Counted from the first letter of the stretch, positions 42,361 to 54,326 are shown. The stretch is DNA of 64,000 nt from Methanobacteriota archaeon (GCA_963720465.1 OY970393.1:1216001-1280000); one strand, 5' to 3'. A program made the numbers and translations. Notes: generated by a model not told the origin, from the sequence alone.

Positions 42361-42705
42361 AGTATCATCCGTGAATGGTAGGGATAAGGCCTTTTGCAAC
42401 ACCAGAACAGCGCTTTGCGTTAGACACCACTGGCTATGAAGCACTCTCTAGACGACGAATTTATCGGTTTGGAATAAAACTGTTCTGCTCGTCGACGAAC
42501 GAAAAACTGGCGATTTTGAACTACGAACGAACCACAGATGAGAGACGTCAATGCTGCCACGGGCGCTACCCAAAAAAAGAGGATTTTTTACGCTAGTTAG
42601 TTCGTTCGTATTGCGCCGCTAAATCCTTGGCGTTTCCGGTCGACCAGTCGTGCCTCTGGGGGTAACCCGTCAGGCTATTAAGCGGGTGCGGCATAACGCA
42701 CAGCG

Positions 42706-43192
42706 ATGAAAACACTCGTAGCCTATTACTCGCGAACCGGAAACACGAAAAAGGTCGCCGAGGCGCTTGCTGAAAACCTCAACGCCGATGTTGAATCGAT
42801 CACGTCCGACACGAAAGACAAGGGCATGGGCAGGTTGGCGATGCAGGCATTCCTGCGGGTCCACGCGAAAATCGCACAAACAATGAACGACGCCGCGTCT
42901 TATGATTTGGTGGTCGTCGGCAGTCCTGTGTGGGCGGGCAAAATGTCCAGCCCGATACGAACGTATCTTGCAAAAAACCAAAGACAGGTTCACCAGCGTC
43001 GCCTTCTTTTGCACGCACGGAAACCCAGGCAGCGAGGGCGGCGCAAAGATGCTGGAAAGCATGGAAACGCTTTCCGGAAAAAAGTCGGCGGGTATGCTTG
43101 ACGTTCCAGCTAACGACGTGGAAAGCGGGGCATACGCCGAGAATGCAGAGCGCTTTGCGGCCGCACTCCTGGAATTACCTTCTTCGCTGTAG
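42706..43192 (+). pseudogene. Flavodoxin family protein, frameshift near 42978
   Basis: YYSRTGNT, GSPVWAG | VAFFCTHG in the other frame. Confidence 0.85.
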
Positions 43193-43604
43193 TCACGCTA
43201 GGGCCCAAATCCTCCAGTCGCCAGCGCGTCTGCAATGACTTTCGCAATGAGTGCCGCGAAGGGCGCTTTGTATCGAAAGGCGATGAGCGGCGGTTGCCCA
43301 GGGTCCAAGAAACGGTTCATTGGAGATCGCAAACGGCTTTTTGGTACCGAGTGTACCAATGAGCTGCGAGAGAAGAACGTCGCCCGGATCGAAGCGCGTT
43401 GCAGACCCTAAGAGGTCGATCGAACGACTGCCCCTGTCAGCTGGGTGCATCACATCGCTGAGCGCTTTACATCGCCACGCGTGAGATATCCGTTGTTCCC
43501 CCAAAAACGATCGCGTCCAGGAAAAAGGGGAGCATGCTTATCGTGCTACTGACGCTATCTCCTCGTCACGCTCAAAACAACTCAGGTTGTAGAAGGGGAT
43601 TTAG

Positions 43605-44042
43605 ATGACCGTTGAGGAAAACAAACGACTGATGCAAACGTTGGATGATGCGTGGAACGGCCAGGACTGGGACACGTTCAACAAACGGCACGCCGAAAAC
43701 GTCGCCGTGTACTGGCCGGGTCAGCCCGAAGCGACGAGAGGACAAAATGCGCACCAAGAAGAAGCTGAGCAATTCTTCAAGACCTTTCCAGACAATCGTG
43801 TGGGGAACCGCCCATATAAGGTGCTCTTTGGTGAGGGCGAATGGACGTGTTCGGTGGCTAATTTCACCGGCACGATGACGGGCCCCGTGGCAGGCCCTGA
43901 TGGGAAGACCATTCAACCTACAAACAAGAAATTCCAAGTCGAGTTTTGCACGGTCGCCCACTGGAATGAGAAGGGTGAGATCACTGAAGAGAAGCTCTTC
44001 TACGATTTAGTCGGGCTAATGCGACAGCTTGGCCTCACGTGA
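43605..44042 (+). CDS. SnoaL-like ester cyclase / NTF2 fold
   Basis: EENKRLM..LDDAWN, FPD, GTMTG, PTNK.F. Confidence 0.88.
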   Translation: MTVEENKRLMQTLDDAWNGQDWDTFNKRHAENVAVYWPGQPEATRGQNAHQEEAEQFFKTFPDNRVGNRPYKVLFGEGEWTCSVANFTGTMTGPVAGPDGKTIQPTNKKFQVEFCTVAHWNEKGEITEEKLFYDLVGLMRQLGLT

Positions 44043-44146
44043 GGTTACGTCATATAAATAACGAAATTTCACCACGCGACGTGCTAAAAAAAAGGCCGCT
44101 CTAGCGGCTCCGCCAGAAGTTCTGTCCGTTTGATAACGGGGAGTCG

Positions 44147-44960
44147 TTGAGGGAGAATCATTCCACAGAGCCACTGCCTACACTATTTGTGTCACACGGT
44201 GCCCCCACACTGCCTCTAGAGGACGTTCCGGCGCGACAGTTCCTAGCTACGCTTGGCAGCTGGTACAGGTACGTGCACGCAGGTACTATGCGTATCTGCC
44301 CACTGGAATACGTCACGGCCTGCGATTAACGCCGTAGAAGCGCCCGAAACGATCCATGATTTTTACGGGTTCCCCGCTGAACTCTACCGGCAGCGTTATG
44401 ATGCGCGCGGTTCACCTGACCTTGCCGGGCGGGTGGCTGATCGTGTTCGCGGCGCTGGCTTAAGCTGCGACCTTGACCGCCATCGTGGCCTTGACCACGG
44501 CGCACGGGCCCGCTAATACTCATGTTTCCCGACGCGGACATCCCAGTCGTGCAGCTCTCCATCCAGCGCCGCTTAGACCCCGCACAGCACGTGGTGCTTG
44601 GTGCAGCCATTGCAACGCTGCGGGATGGCGGCGTTGTTATTCTCGGCAGCGGTGGCGCCGTCCACCCGCTTGGCTACGCGGCGGCGTCGCTAGGCGAAGG
44701 TGCGGCCAGCGATGGATGGGGGCCCACGAATTCAGCGGCTGGCTGACCGACTCGGTGACCCCGGGCGACCGCGTCTGCCTTGTGACGTATCGGGAGCGAT
44801 GCCCGTATGCTGAACGTGCTCACCCGCACCCCGATCACTTCATGCCACTTCTTGTAGCGTTTGGGGGCTGCAGGAGACGAGGCGCGGCACGGTCCTCCAC
44901 CACAGCTGGTATGGACCGACTTGGGCATGGATGCGTATGCGTTTGATGCTGATCGACCGC
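44147..44960 (+). pseudogene. LigB/DODA-type class III extradiol dioxygenase with several frameshifts
   Basis: LFVSHGAP | SAHW, HDFYGFP, GLDHG | FPDADIPVVQLS, GSGG.VH | AHP.PDHFMPL. Confidence 0.85.
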
Positions 44961-45139
44961 GACGCGCCTGGCGCCGTTCTTCGATCAACGCTCGAACTTT
45001 AGAGCACTCCGTATATTCTGAGCACAATAAGCACCAAAGCCACGGCGCCCCACCACTTTATCAGATCATCGAGCGAAGGCTTCACAGCTTTACGGTACCC
45101 GCCACAGGCAAAAAAGATGTTGCACGCGAAGCGCCGTCA

Positions 45140-47184
45140 TTAATGCGCGAAGGTGAGCACCCGAAACGCAATCCCGCCAGCGATGAGCGCCAAAACGATG
45201 GTGAAGATCGAGATCCCCACCGCCCACCGCGCGTTCAGCTCCCGTGCTATGACACCAAACGTCGCAAGGCACGGAACGTAGAGGGTGACGACAAGGCAGA
45301 ACACGAATATCTGAACAGGTGTCATCACTGTGCTAAAAATGAACGTTCCCGACGCGATGGCAAGCATTTCCACGGCCATCTCCTTTCTCAGCACCCCGTA
45401 GATAAGGCAGATGGCCGTGAAGGCAGGAAGTCCCAGAATACCGACGGTGATCGGCGCCATCGGCGCCTCGATGAATTGGCTCAGGCCGGTTACTTCCAGC
45501 CATCCGAACACGATACTCCCTACGATGAGCAGGGGCACGGCGATGTAAAGAAACTCCTTCATCCGCAGCCACGTCTTCTTAAGGATCGGGACGATCGCCG
45601 GCCGCCTGATCAGCGGAATTTCGAGCACGAGCCCCGCCGTCCTTCCTGGGACAGTTGATCGCAGCAGCCTCCCGGAGGCGATAATGAGCACAAATGAGAT
45701 GAGGTAGATAGCAAGCGCGTACTGGATTCCAGCGTAGGTCGCCGCCACGCCGAGGATGATCGCGGTGCGCGCCGAGCACGGAATCATCGTGATGAGGGCG
45801 GTGGTGATTATCCGCTCCTTTCTCGTGGGAAGCGCCCGTGTCGCCATTATCGCGGGCACGCTGCAGCCGTAACCAAAGAGGAGGGGAATGATCGATCTGC
45901 CGCGCAGGCCGAGGATGTGCGCCTGCCTGTCGAGCAACACCGCTACCCGTGGGAGGTAGCCCACGTCTTCGAGGATCGCCAAGAAAATGAAGAAGACCAT
46001 GATGTAAGGAACGGCGATGGCAAGCGCCGCAGCTATGGCGAGCAGCGCGGAGTGGACGGCGGACGTGATGAACACATTGGCAACGTGTGCATCAACGATC
46101 CCAAAGACGGGCGGGAAAACAATTCCCTCAAAGAACGCGGAGATGAGATCGCTTAAGTAGCCTCCCACGAAAAAGATGAGCGCCAGCATGCCGCCGATGA
46201 GCCCGACGAGCAGGGGTACCCCGTCCGCGGGCGCGTCGCCATGTCGCCGAACTTCTCTGCGAGTGTCGGCTTGTGTACCTTCTTCACCAGCACTGCACTC
46301 GCGATGAGGTCGGCAGTCGAATAGCGCCCCCGTGCGATGGTTATAGCGACATCTTCGCCGTGGGCGCGCTGTACCTGCTCCCTGAACTCTTTGACGCGCG
46401 CGAGCGTGTGCTCATCCACGCGCGATTCGAAGTCCTTATCGCCCTCAAGGAGCCGCGCCGCAAACCCCCGTTTGGGGATGCCCGTTTCGGGAAGTAGTGG
46501 AATGATCGCCGCTAACGCGCGTTCGACGTGGTCGTCATAGCTCACCTGACGGGGCGCCCATTTCAAAGGCCGTTCGGCGTAGTGATAGGCAGTTTCGAGC
46601 GTCGCATGCACCCCTTGGCCCTGGGTAGCGATGGTCGGCAACACTCGCGCCCCAAGCTCGCTTTCAAGGTCGGCGACGTCGATGTCAAGGTCGAGCGTCT
46701 TTAAGAGATCGACCTGGTTAAGGGCCACGACGACGGGCAGGCCGAGCTCAAGCATTTGCAGCGTAAGATAGAGGTTCCGCTCAAGCCGCGTGGCGTCAAC
46801 GATATCGATGACCGCCTCCAGGGGGGTGCTGAGCAGAAATTCCTTTGTTGCGGCCTCATCTTCGGTAACGGCCGTGATGGAATAAACCCCGGGGAGATCG
46901 TAAATAAGGAGTTTATGTCCGTTTACTTGCGACAACCCCTTTTGCACCATCACCGTTGTCTGTGGGATGTTGGAGACAATGACGCTCACTCCGGTCATCT
47001 GACTAAACATCGCGCTTTTCCCAGCAGAGGGATTACCCATCAGCGCGAACCGCTTCGCTGCCGTGTCCTGCGTTTTTGAAAGCGATGGCGTCTCCGGCAC
47101 AGGTGGGCATAATGCACCCATGGTTGGTTCTGCCGCCTTCGGCGCGGCCTTCCACAGTTTCAAAAACGAGGGGATCTTTGGCAT
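45140..47184 (-). CDS. feoB: Ferrous iron transporter FeoB, split by a G-run frameshift near 46220
   Basis: GNPSAGKS, DLPG.YS, DATRLERNL; LEDVGYLPR, GYGCSVPA, PCSAR, YVPCLAT. Confidence 0.9.
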
Positions 47185-47255
47185 GCTAGTGGTCGCTAAC
47201 GGCTCCGCTCTATTGTTAACGAGTCTGCGCGTCGCACATTACACGGCGATACGCG

Positions 47256-47981
47256 TTAGCCTAGGGTAACGTGAGCTGGTGCCCTTTTCGCTTTTTCTCG
47301 TCTTCCTTTTTCTTTCTCGACTTCCGGACTCACGAGAAGAGATTCCGCAACGTCCCTGCCAAGCGCGATTTGTGTGTCCTTCATCTCGATGACAATAGGG
47401 CCGTGGGCGATCTTCCGCAACACTTTCACGCGGAGTCCCGGAATGAGGCCGAGCGAGCACAGCCGGCTGATCGTCTCGGGTTCGGGAGACGTCAAGAAAC
47501 GTATCATGTACGTCCCCTTCCCCATCTCAGACAGCTTTGAGACCTCCGTTTCGTCCCCTTTCTCGCCTGCTGGTATGGCGCTTCCGCCGGGACACGTCGC
47601 AGGGTGGCCCAGCTGCGTGGAGAGGTTATCGATCGCCTTATCTGAGATAACGTGCTCGATCTCGCACGCCTGCTCGTGGGACTCGTGTTTATCGATCCCA
47701 CAGATATCCACCAGGAAGCGCTCAAGCAGCCGATGCTTACGCTTCACTTTCGTGGCGATCTTAAGTCCCGCCTCGGTGAGCGTTGCGCCGCGGTAGGGGG
47801 TGTAGTCTACGAACCCCTTTTCGCTCAATTTCTTGAGCATTTCGGTGACGCTTGCGTCTCGCACGCCGAGGCAGGCCGCCAAATCTCCGGTGGTAGCGGC
47901 TCGCGCGCTCCCTTCCTGTTTGGTGTAAATGGCTTCGAGATACTCCTCTTCCGAGGGGCTCAGCTCGTGTTTCTGTGACAT
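47256..47981 (-). CDS. DtxR/MntR metal-dependent repressor with C-terminal FeoA domain
   Basis: EEYLEAIY, SVTEML, RKHRLLE.FL, ACEIEH, RL.SLGL.PG. Confidence 0.92.
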   Translation of the reverse strand: MSQKHELSPSEEEYLEAIYTKQEGSARAATTGDLAACLGVRDASVTEMLKKLSEKGFVDYTPYRGATLTEAGLKIATKVKRKHRLLERFLVDICGIDKHESHEQACEIEHVISDKAIDNLSTQLGHPATCPGGSAIPAGEKGDETEVSKLSEMGKGTYMIRFLTSPEPETISRLCSLGLIPGLRVKVLRKIAHGPIVIEMKDTQIALGRDVAESLLVSPEVEKEKGRREKAKRAPAHVTLG

Positions 47982-47998
47982 GTTTCTCTATGTAATAT

Positions 47999-48012
47999 TT
48001 AGGTTAACCTAA
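47999..48012. promoter_or_regulatory. DtxR/SirR-type operator palindrome TTAGGTTAACCTAA next to the TATA box
   Basis: Perfect 14-bp palindrome 17 nt upstream of the dtxR ATG, abutting TTTATATA (minus strand, 48013-48020). Confidence 0.85.
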
Positions 48013-48177
48013 TATATAAAATTTAGGGGGACCGAAACTGCTCTGACGCGGGTTGGCGATTGCACGTTCACGCTCACAAACGAGCTGGGCCCCCAGCGGC
48101 GCACCAATTCGTCAACTATATTACGGGAACGCGCCATTTCCTGCAAGCAGGTCGTTGAACGCTACGCGAGGGACACA

Positions 48178-48765
48178 GTGCTAAGCAGACTCAAAGGCTC
48201 AGTCGATCGACTCCTCGCGGGGCCAGCGAATCTCCTCGTTAATTTGGGCGTCACCCCCAATATGCTCACCCTCGCCGGCCTTGCGACCGGCGTCGTCGCT
48301 GGCATCGTTCTTGCCCTCGGGTTCTTCACCGCGGGCGGCGTTCTGATCCTGATCACCGGCTTCGTCGACACGCTCGACGGCGCCGTGGCACGCAACCGAC
48401 GCGCCACGACAACCTTCGGCGCGACATTCGATTCCATATCTGACCGCTACGTCGATTGTATCGTGTTGCTCGGTCTTGGCATCGCTGGAGTCAACTGGGT
48501 CTACGTCGGCGTCGCCATTATGGGCTCCCTTCTCGTGAGCTACGTGCGTGCGAAGGCTGAAGGAATGGGATTCCATTGCACCGCTGGCGTCGCAGAGCGA
48601 AGTGAGCGTCTCATCATCCTCGCGATAGGGCTACTCGTTGGCTTGGCTGAGCCAGCAGTGCTTCTTGTTGCAATCCTCGCACAATTCACTGCACTGTGGC
48701 GGGTGGGCCTGCTGCTTAGGCGAGCGAGCGAAAGGCGGACTTCACGCGTTCCGCTAACAAAATAA
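48178..48765 (+). CDS. CDP-alcohol phosphatidyltransferase
   Basis: TPN.LT, D.LDG.VAR...G..FD...DR, SYVRA..E. Confidence 0.92.
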   Translation: MLSRLKGSVDRLLAGPANLLVNLGVTPNMLTLAGLATGVVAGIVLALGFFTAGGVLILITGFVDTLDGAVARNRRATTTFGATFDSISDRYVDCIVLLGLGIAGVNWVYVGVAIMGSLLVSYVRAKAEGMGFHCTAGVAERSERLIILAIGLLVGLAEPAVLLVAILAQFTALWRVGLLLRRASERRTSRVPLTK

Positions 48766-49075
48766 TCCGCCTCAAACAGTCAAGGGTAGCGTAAGCTATT
48801 CGTTAGGCTTAAGCTGTCTTCAGATGCTTGGACATCGTATGGAATCAAAACAAGTAGCCGTGCCTGTGCTTTTGCTTGCGATTCCTTCGTTGTCCGCGGG
48901 TTGCTCACGGTTATTGGCCGGAATCGCAGAACACGCCGTCCAATGCAACTACGAAAGTTGAAAGTAGCCGCAACCTCAGCGTCAGCGTGGAGGCACGAGG
49001 AGAGCGGAGCGCTACCGCATAAGCCGGTTCGTTTCAAACAGCGCGAGTCAAGGCTACAAGCTGGCTCACGTCTCT

Positions 49076-49234
49076 TCAAAGCAAATTCAGCCACGTGAGA
49101 AGCCACAATAGAAAAGTGACTAGTATAACGACCGAAACAAATATGGCCAGCTTGAGTAAAGGCGGATTCTGGGGATTAGTAAGCTTGCTGAGGAATCGCC
49201 CCGCATCCACTGTGGTTGATGTTTTTTTAGGCAT
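49076..49234 (-). CDS. Small C-terminally anchored membrane protein (52 aa)
   Basis: MPKKTSTTVDAGRFLSKLTNPQNPPLLKLAIFVSVVILVTFLLWLLTWLNLL. Confidence 0.45.
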   Translation of the reverse strand: MPKKTSTTVDAGRFLSKLTNPQNPPLLKLAIFVSVVILVTFLLWLLTWLNLL

Positions 49235-49414
49235 ATCGTCGAAGAACGGGTGCACGAGCCGGATCCGCGCGGGGCGTTTGACATAGACGCCGCGTTGAAG
49301 TCGGACCATAAACTAACCCGCGGCGACATCGAAACGCTGGTATCACGAAGCGTCTGCAGGACAGCGCTCTGAGACGCTGAGTTAGTCAACGCTCAAATTG
49401 AATGACAGTGTGAC

Positions 49415-49996
49415 TTAACCCTTTATCAGTTTGATCCCGATGTTCGTCCCCATCGCTAAGTCATACCCAAGTGAGATGAGTAACATTCCCATCGGCTCAA
49501 GATAACGCGCGCTTCTCAGTGTGCCCACGTCAATCGGGTCGAAGCCTATGTCTGCCGCGAGCTGCATGACGACCCGTTTTGCCGTTTCGTCATCTCCGGC
49601 GACGAACGCGGACAGCTGCTCAGTACCTACCGTTGCGGTGCTCTGATTCTGTGCGAATACGGTGTTGAAGGCCTTGACGACTCTCGCGTCTGGCAGCGCT
49701 TTTTGGATCTCTTCGGCGGACGAAGTGGAGAACCCGATCGCCAGCTCCATTCCCGGTCCTAACGCGTTGGTAACGTCGACCAACACCTTCCCGTCTGCCG
49801 CGGAGCCGATTTCTGCAGTCACCTCAGGGACCGCGAGGAAGGGAACCGCGAGCACGACGGTCTCACCCCATTCGGCCGCCTCACGCACAGGCTCTTTGGG
49901 ATCCCGGTGCCCGAACCGTATTTCGTGCCCGGCACGCCGCCACCCGGTGCTAAGCGCCGTCCCTACGTTTCCTTTTCCTATCATCGCTATTTTCAT
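49415..49996 (-). CDS. NADP oxidoreductase, F420_oxidored family
   Basis: IG.GNVG, LAVP, DVTN, VVKAFN, AGDD, GF.P.D.G.L. Confidence 0.9.
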   Translation of the reverse strand: MKIAMIGKGNVGTALSTGWRRAGHEIRFGHRDPKEPVREAAEWGETVVLAVPFLAVPEVTAEIGSAADGKVLVDVTNALGPGMELAIGFSTSSAEEIQKALPDARVVKAFNTVFAQNQSTATVGTEQLSAFVAGDDETAKRVVMQLAADIGFDPIDVGTLRSARYLEPMGMLLISLGYDLAMGTNIGIKLIKG

Positions 49997-50851
49997 TGTA
50001 TGCACTCGATGACGAAACTATTTATACGGTTCCCGCTCAAAATGGAGCGCTTCGCGGGCGATATCCGTTCATGAGCGAGCGTGCTAATTAATAATCCTAG
50101 AAGGAATCATTGCATGTTGGTGGCAAGGCGGCACCATAACACCGTCGATACCACGGTTCTCAACCGTCAAGAATGAAGGGAAGGCCTCCCTTGCTCGACA
50201 ACGAAGCGCCTTCGTAACGGAAAATGTTTCTCTCTGTTTTTAGCCTCGATGCGACGTCTGCTGCGTGCCCACTTTCTTCTTGGTTAGAGGACCCTAGACA
50301 CGAACGGGATCTTCAGCGCGAGCTCCCAAAGCGGGTGGTGCTTCCTTGGCATTCCAGACTTCTGCGTATCAAGAATCCCTCGCTGGAAGATGTCCACAAG
50401 GACGAGTTTGATCGCACGGTAAAGAGCGAGGGTCAGTTGCTCGATGCATTCGCACCTGAATCCTCCTGATAATCCGTCGCAACTGCTGGCGCGCGCTGTT
50501 AGGTAGTCAGGCATCGTGCACGCGGTCCCGCAGGTATTGATAAGATTCCCAACTGGTCAAGCATTTCCGGAAAAAGTTTTTCTGTGACCACTGAAGCGAA
50601 GTCGTTTTTATTGCCCACTGTCTGTAAGAACTTGACTACTTCAATCCAATCTTTGCATCGATGTACTAGCGTTAACCTCGTCAATTAGCTAACCGAGAAG
50701 GAGCATGAAAATAATCCGACGCACGAAAGTGCCAAATCTGTCGCAACTGTCCGCAAAGCTTGTTGAAAAAGTAGAAAGACTTATCTCTGTATCCCGTTTT
50801 TTTTAGCGATCAAACATAGTGAATCCTTCTGAGACAATTAAGAGGTAACTC

Positions 50852-51319
50852 ATGAAAAACGCAAAGAAAGAAACAAGTCGCAATCAGCAAAAGCCCGACC
50901 AGCGCGCGGACAAGGCGGACGGGGAAAGCGCCGTGCTCGCGGCGATCGAAGCGATGCCGGGACCGGATCGCGCCGTGGGCGAGCGGCTCCATGCAATCAT
51001 CAAAGCCAGCGCCCCAGCCCTCTCACCGAAACTCTGGTACGGGATGCCCGCCTATGCCAAGGACGGTAAGGTCATCTGCTTCTTCCGCAGCGGGCAGAAG
51101 TTCAAAGAGAGGTACATGACGCTCGGCTTTAACAACGAGGCGAACCTCGACGAAGGCCACATGTGGCCGATCGCCTTCGCGCTAAAGGAATTGACTGCCG
51201 CCGAAGAGGCAATGATCGGCGCGCTCGTGAAGAAAGCGGTAAGCTCAGGACTAAGTTCGCCACTGGGCAAGTTCTTGAGCATAACGCTCAGCGTTTGGCT
51301 GCTGAGCGCGCGAGACTGA
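50852..51319 (+). CDS. DUF1801 (YdhG-like) protein
   Basis: [33 protein letters not shown]. Confidence 0.85.
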   Translation: MKNAKKETSRNQQKPDQRADKADGESAVLAAIEAMPGPDRAVGERLHAIIKASAPALSPKLWYGMPAYAKDGKVICFFRSGQKFKERYMTLGFNNEANLDEGHMWPIAFALKELTAAEEAMIGALVKKAVSSGLSSPLGKFLSITLSVWLLSARD

Positions 51320-51380
51320 AGTGCGTGCATCTTCGATAACGCAACCACTTTAAATATGGCGTAAAAACAACGAACACACT

Positions 51381-51785
51381 ATGTCACTTGAAGACAACAA
51401 AGCGGTCATTCGACGCCTTTAGGACGCCTTCAACACTGTCGATTTGAAGGCGATAGATGAAGTGCTCGCTGCCGATGTCGTTGACGTCCTCCCCCTTCAG
51501 GGGCAAGCCTCCGGCGTTGAAGGATTTAAGGAACGCCTTGTCAGGCTCCGTAAGAGCTTTTCGGACCTCAGCTTCACGATCGAGACTATTATTGCCGAAG
51601 GAGACATGATCGCAGAGCGATCGACGTTGCGTGGCACACACTCTGGCACGTTTATGGGCGTCCCAGCGACAGGCAAACAGGCCAGAGGCACTATGATGGC
51701 CTTCAACAAGTTCGCCAATGGCAAGGTCGTGGAGAGAGGGCGCATCATTAATGTGTTTGGTCTGGTGCGACAAATCCAGAGCTAA
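51381..51785 (+). pseudogene. SnoaL-like ester cyclase with in-frame TAG at codon 14
   Basis: MSLEDNKAVIRRL*DAFN...IAEGD, GTH.G.F.G.PATGK. Confidence 0.82.
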
Positions 51786-51907
51786 CAAAAAAAGTTTGTG
51801 CAGCGCGATGGAAGACGGGTCGAATTTTGTTTGGAAAATCCCGACAGCGTGCCCAACTTGACATGCGGTTCAATTAAGGGCAACTCTAGCAGCATTAGAG
51901 GATTTAG

Positions 51908-52798
51908 GTGAGCAACCGAAAATACGAGATGGGTTCAGTCATCTCTAAGGACGGGACTGCGATAGGGTATCGCCAGATGGGCGATGGCCCGGGCGTTATT
52001 CTTTTTCACGGAGGGGCCAATGCCTCACAGAGTTATTCGAAGCTCGGCGCTGGTCTATCGGATGCGTTCACCGTATATATTCCTGATAGGCGCGGCCGCG
52101 GTCTGAGTGGGCCATTTGGTGACAATTATAGCATGCGCAGAGAAGTTGAAGACGTGGATACGCTTCTAACCGAGACTGGGGCGCACAACGTCTTCGGGCT
52201 GAGCTCTGGCGGCCTCATCGCATTGCAAGCCGCGCTCGAGCTGCCGTCTGTCCACAAAGCCGTCGTAAACGAACCACCGCTTGACGTCGACAACTCAATA
52301 ATAACGATGCTGCAGTCCTTTATGCCGCGGTTTGACCGAGAGATGGCCGATGGCAAGGTAGCAGAGGCGACCGTCACCCTCCTGAAAGATTTTGGGGCCC
52401 TGTTTTTGCGCCGGTCACTACAACCTATGATCGAAATCGCCCCGCGCTCTGTGCTGGTGTGGCTTTTCAGGCAAATCCTGCGGCGCGATGCAGAGAGCGT
52501 CAAGGGCGACGATGTGCCGCTCCAAGAGCTCATCCCGACATTCCACTTTGATTATGAGCTCGTTGTCGAAATGCAGGGAACTCTTGAGTCCTTCAAGGCA
52601 GTGCCCGCGGACGTGCTGTTGCTCGGCGCCAGCAAAAGCCCAGCCTTTTTGAAGAACACGCTGGACGCTTTGGAGAATGTCATTTCAAACGTCCGTCGCG
52701 TTGAATTGCAAGGCTTTAGCCATGCAGCAGCACTCGACGACGGCAAGCCAGAACGTGTCGCGCAGGAGCTACTGACGTTTTTCCGAGATCAAGAATGA
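51908..52798 (+). CDS. Alpha/beta hydrolase
   Basis: SKDGT.IGY, HGG, DRRGRGLS, GLSSGG nucleophile elbow. Confidence 0.9.
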   Translation: MSNRKYEMGSVISKDGTAIGYRQMGDGPGVILFHGGANASQSYSKLGAGLSDAFTVYIPDRRGRGLSGPFGDNYSMRREVEDVDTLLTETGAHNVFGLSSGGLIALQAALELPSVHKAVVNEPPLDVDNSIITMLQSFMPRFDREMADGKVAEATVTLLKDFGALFLRRSLQPMIEIAPRSVLVWLFRQILRRDAESVKGDDVPLQELIPTFHFDYELVVEMQGTLESFKAVPADVLLLGASKSPAFLKNTLDALENVISNVRRVELQGFSHAAALDDGKPERVAQELLTFFRDQE

Positions 52799-53254
52799 AG
52801 AACCCAATAAGACACGTCCAGACGTGAAAGAGTTGGAAAAAGAGGCAAACGCGCGTCGAAGACATTGTGCTGAGTTTTGGGCGACAATTTTTATGAGCAA
52901 GCTCACGGCGCACGTGCGACGTCTACATCGCGTTTTCCCTTCCAGACAACGTTGTACCGGCCCAGTTCGTTTACGAATCGACGAATCCCGCAATAATTGT
53001 CACGCTAACCTAATCCTCTTCGGAGAATGCGTTGCCGACAGCGAGTCTTAGCTGGTCTGCCTAAGCTGCTGAGCCGCGAACGCGATAAAAAGGCCTCGAT
53101 GAAGCGTATTGAACCGTCAAAGTTGATTGTCAGGACTCAAAATAAAAAGATCACATGTGGATGAATCCGGGCGCATGACTATACCTAGTCGTTTAGGCGG
53201 TTATCTTGCGTCGCTCGGAGTCTGAGTCGCATTAGCAAGTAGCGAGGTGTTGAC

Positions 53255-53398
53255 GTGGCTATACCGTGGCTTTGGATTGTTGTAGGCATCGCTTACGTGG
53301 TACCTGTGATAGTCGAGTGGTGTTCGGCGTCACACATAGAAACCATCGATGTAAAACTCATAAAAAGCACGCGCCTTATGGGCTCAGGTGCGTCATAG
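53255..53398 (+). CDS. Possible small single-TM protein (47 aa)
   Basis: GAGGTG SD before GTG; VAIPWLWIVVGIAYVVPVIVEWCSASHIETIDVKLIKSTRLMGSGAS. Confidence 0.4.
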   Translation: MAIPWLWIVVGIAYVVPVIVEWCSASHIETIDVKLIKSTRLMGSGAS

Positions 53399-53664
53399 CG
53401 TGGTACGCAACTTTATTATAAGCCGTGGCGAATAAAAACGCCACGCCAATATCCGGTCGCCGCCTTTATATAGGCAGTCGCTCAAGGGTAAATTAACGGT
53501 AAAAGCAGGCCGCAGAAACTTGGACAAAGGACGCGGCCTGCTGCCACTAAGTACGGCATAGAAGAATATCGGACTAGGTTTATATAAAGTTGGATGGTCT
53601 TCTTCGCCTTTCTATGTGGCCTTTCCATGAGCGCTGCTGTTAAACGGCGGCGTAAAGAGGTAAC

Positions 53665-54315
53665 ATGACGAAAGTAAAAGATAAAGAAAGATTCCTTGAG
53701 CTGCGCGCTCAGGGAGACTCGTTGAGGACGATCGAAAAGAAGATCGGCACCTCACGGCATACGTTGGCTAAATGGGAGGGCGAATGTAAAGAACAGATCG
53801 AGAACCTCAGAGCGATCTACGTTGACGGCCTTCGTGAGGAGTATAGACTCACGATGCAGGCGCGGATCAAAGGATTCGGCCTCTTGCTGAAGCGCGCTAC
53901 AGACGAGTTGGCGCGACGTGACCTATCGGACGTCTCAACGCTTAAACTCGCTGATCTGGCGCTTAAGCTGGATGCCCACCTTACCGCTATCATGGCCGCG
54001 CCATCGATCACTGATGATGCGGGGCTGGCAGCACGCAAGGCCGATCGAAACCTTGTCGAATCACTCGTCACGCCCTACGCAACGGCCCAACACGCGTCAC
54101 CGAACGGAGACCGCGGGCACGTCAACGCCGACGCCCTTGTGCGCCTCCAGGTCCGCACCCTGCAGCGGTTTGAGGCCGGCGAAATCGACAGCGCCGCGGC
54201 AAGCCGAGCGATCGCCATCATCAATTCGATCTACAAGGGGATTGAAGTAGCAGACACGCAAGAGCGGTTTGACGCGCTCGAGCGCGTGCTCGCGGGCCAG
54301 CCGGCGACGATGTGA
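53665..54315 (+). CDS. HTH protein, terminase-small-subunit/mobile-element-like
   Basis: Paralog of 14137..14625; extra C-terminal GEID...IE...ERF.ALE helix pair. Confidence 0.75.
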   Translation: MTKVKDKERFLELRAQGDSLRTIEKKIGTSRHTLAKWEGECKEQIENLRAIYVDGLREEYRLTMQARIKGFGLLLKRATDELARRDLSDVSTLKLADLALKLDAHLTAIMAAPSITDDAGLAARKADRNLVESLVTPYATAQHASPNGDRGHVNADALVRLQVRTLQRFEAGEIDSAAASRAIAIINSIYKGIEVADTQERFDALERVLAGQPATM

Positions 54316-54326
54316 GGGGGTATCAC

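Noticed and set aside
44861-45658. 265-aa plus-strand ORF and many similar track ORFs
   Set aside because: Antisense shadow frames of feoB and other GC-rich genes.
50224-50684. Short overlapping ORFs on both strands
   Set aside because: No recognisable motifs or SD; possibly decayed gene fragments, but no call can be supported.
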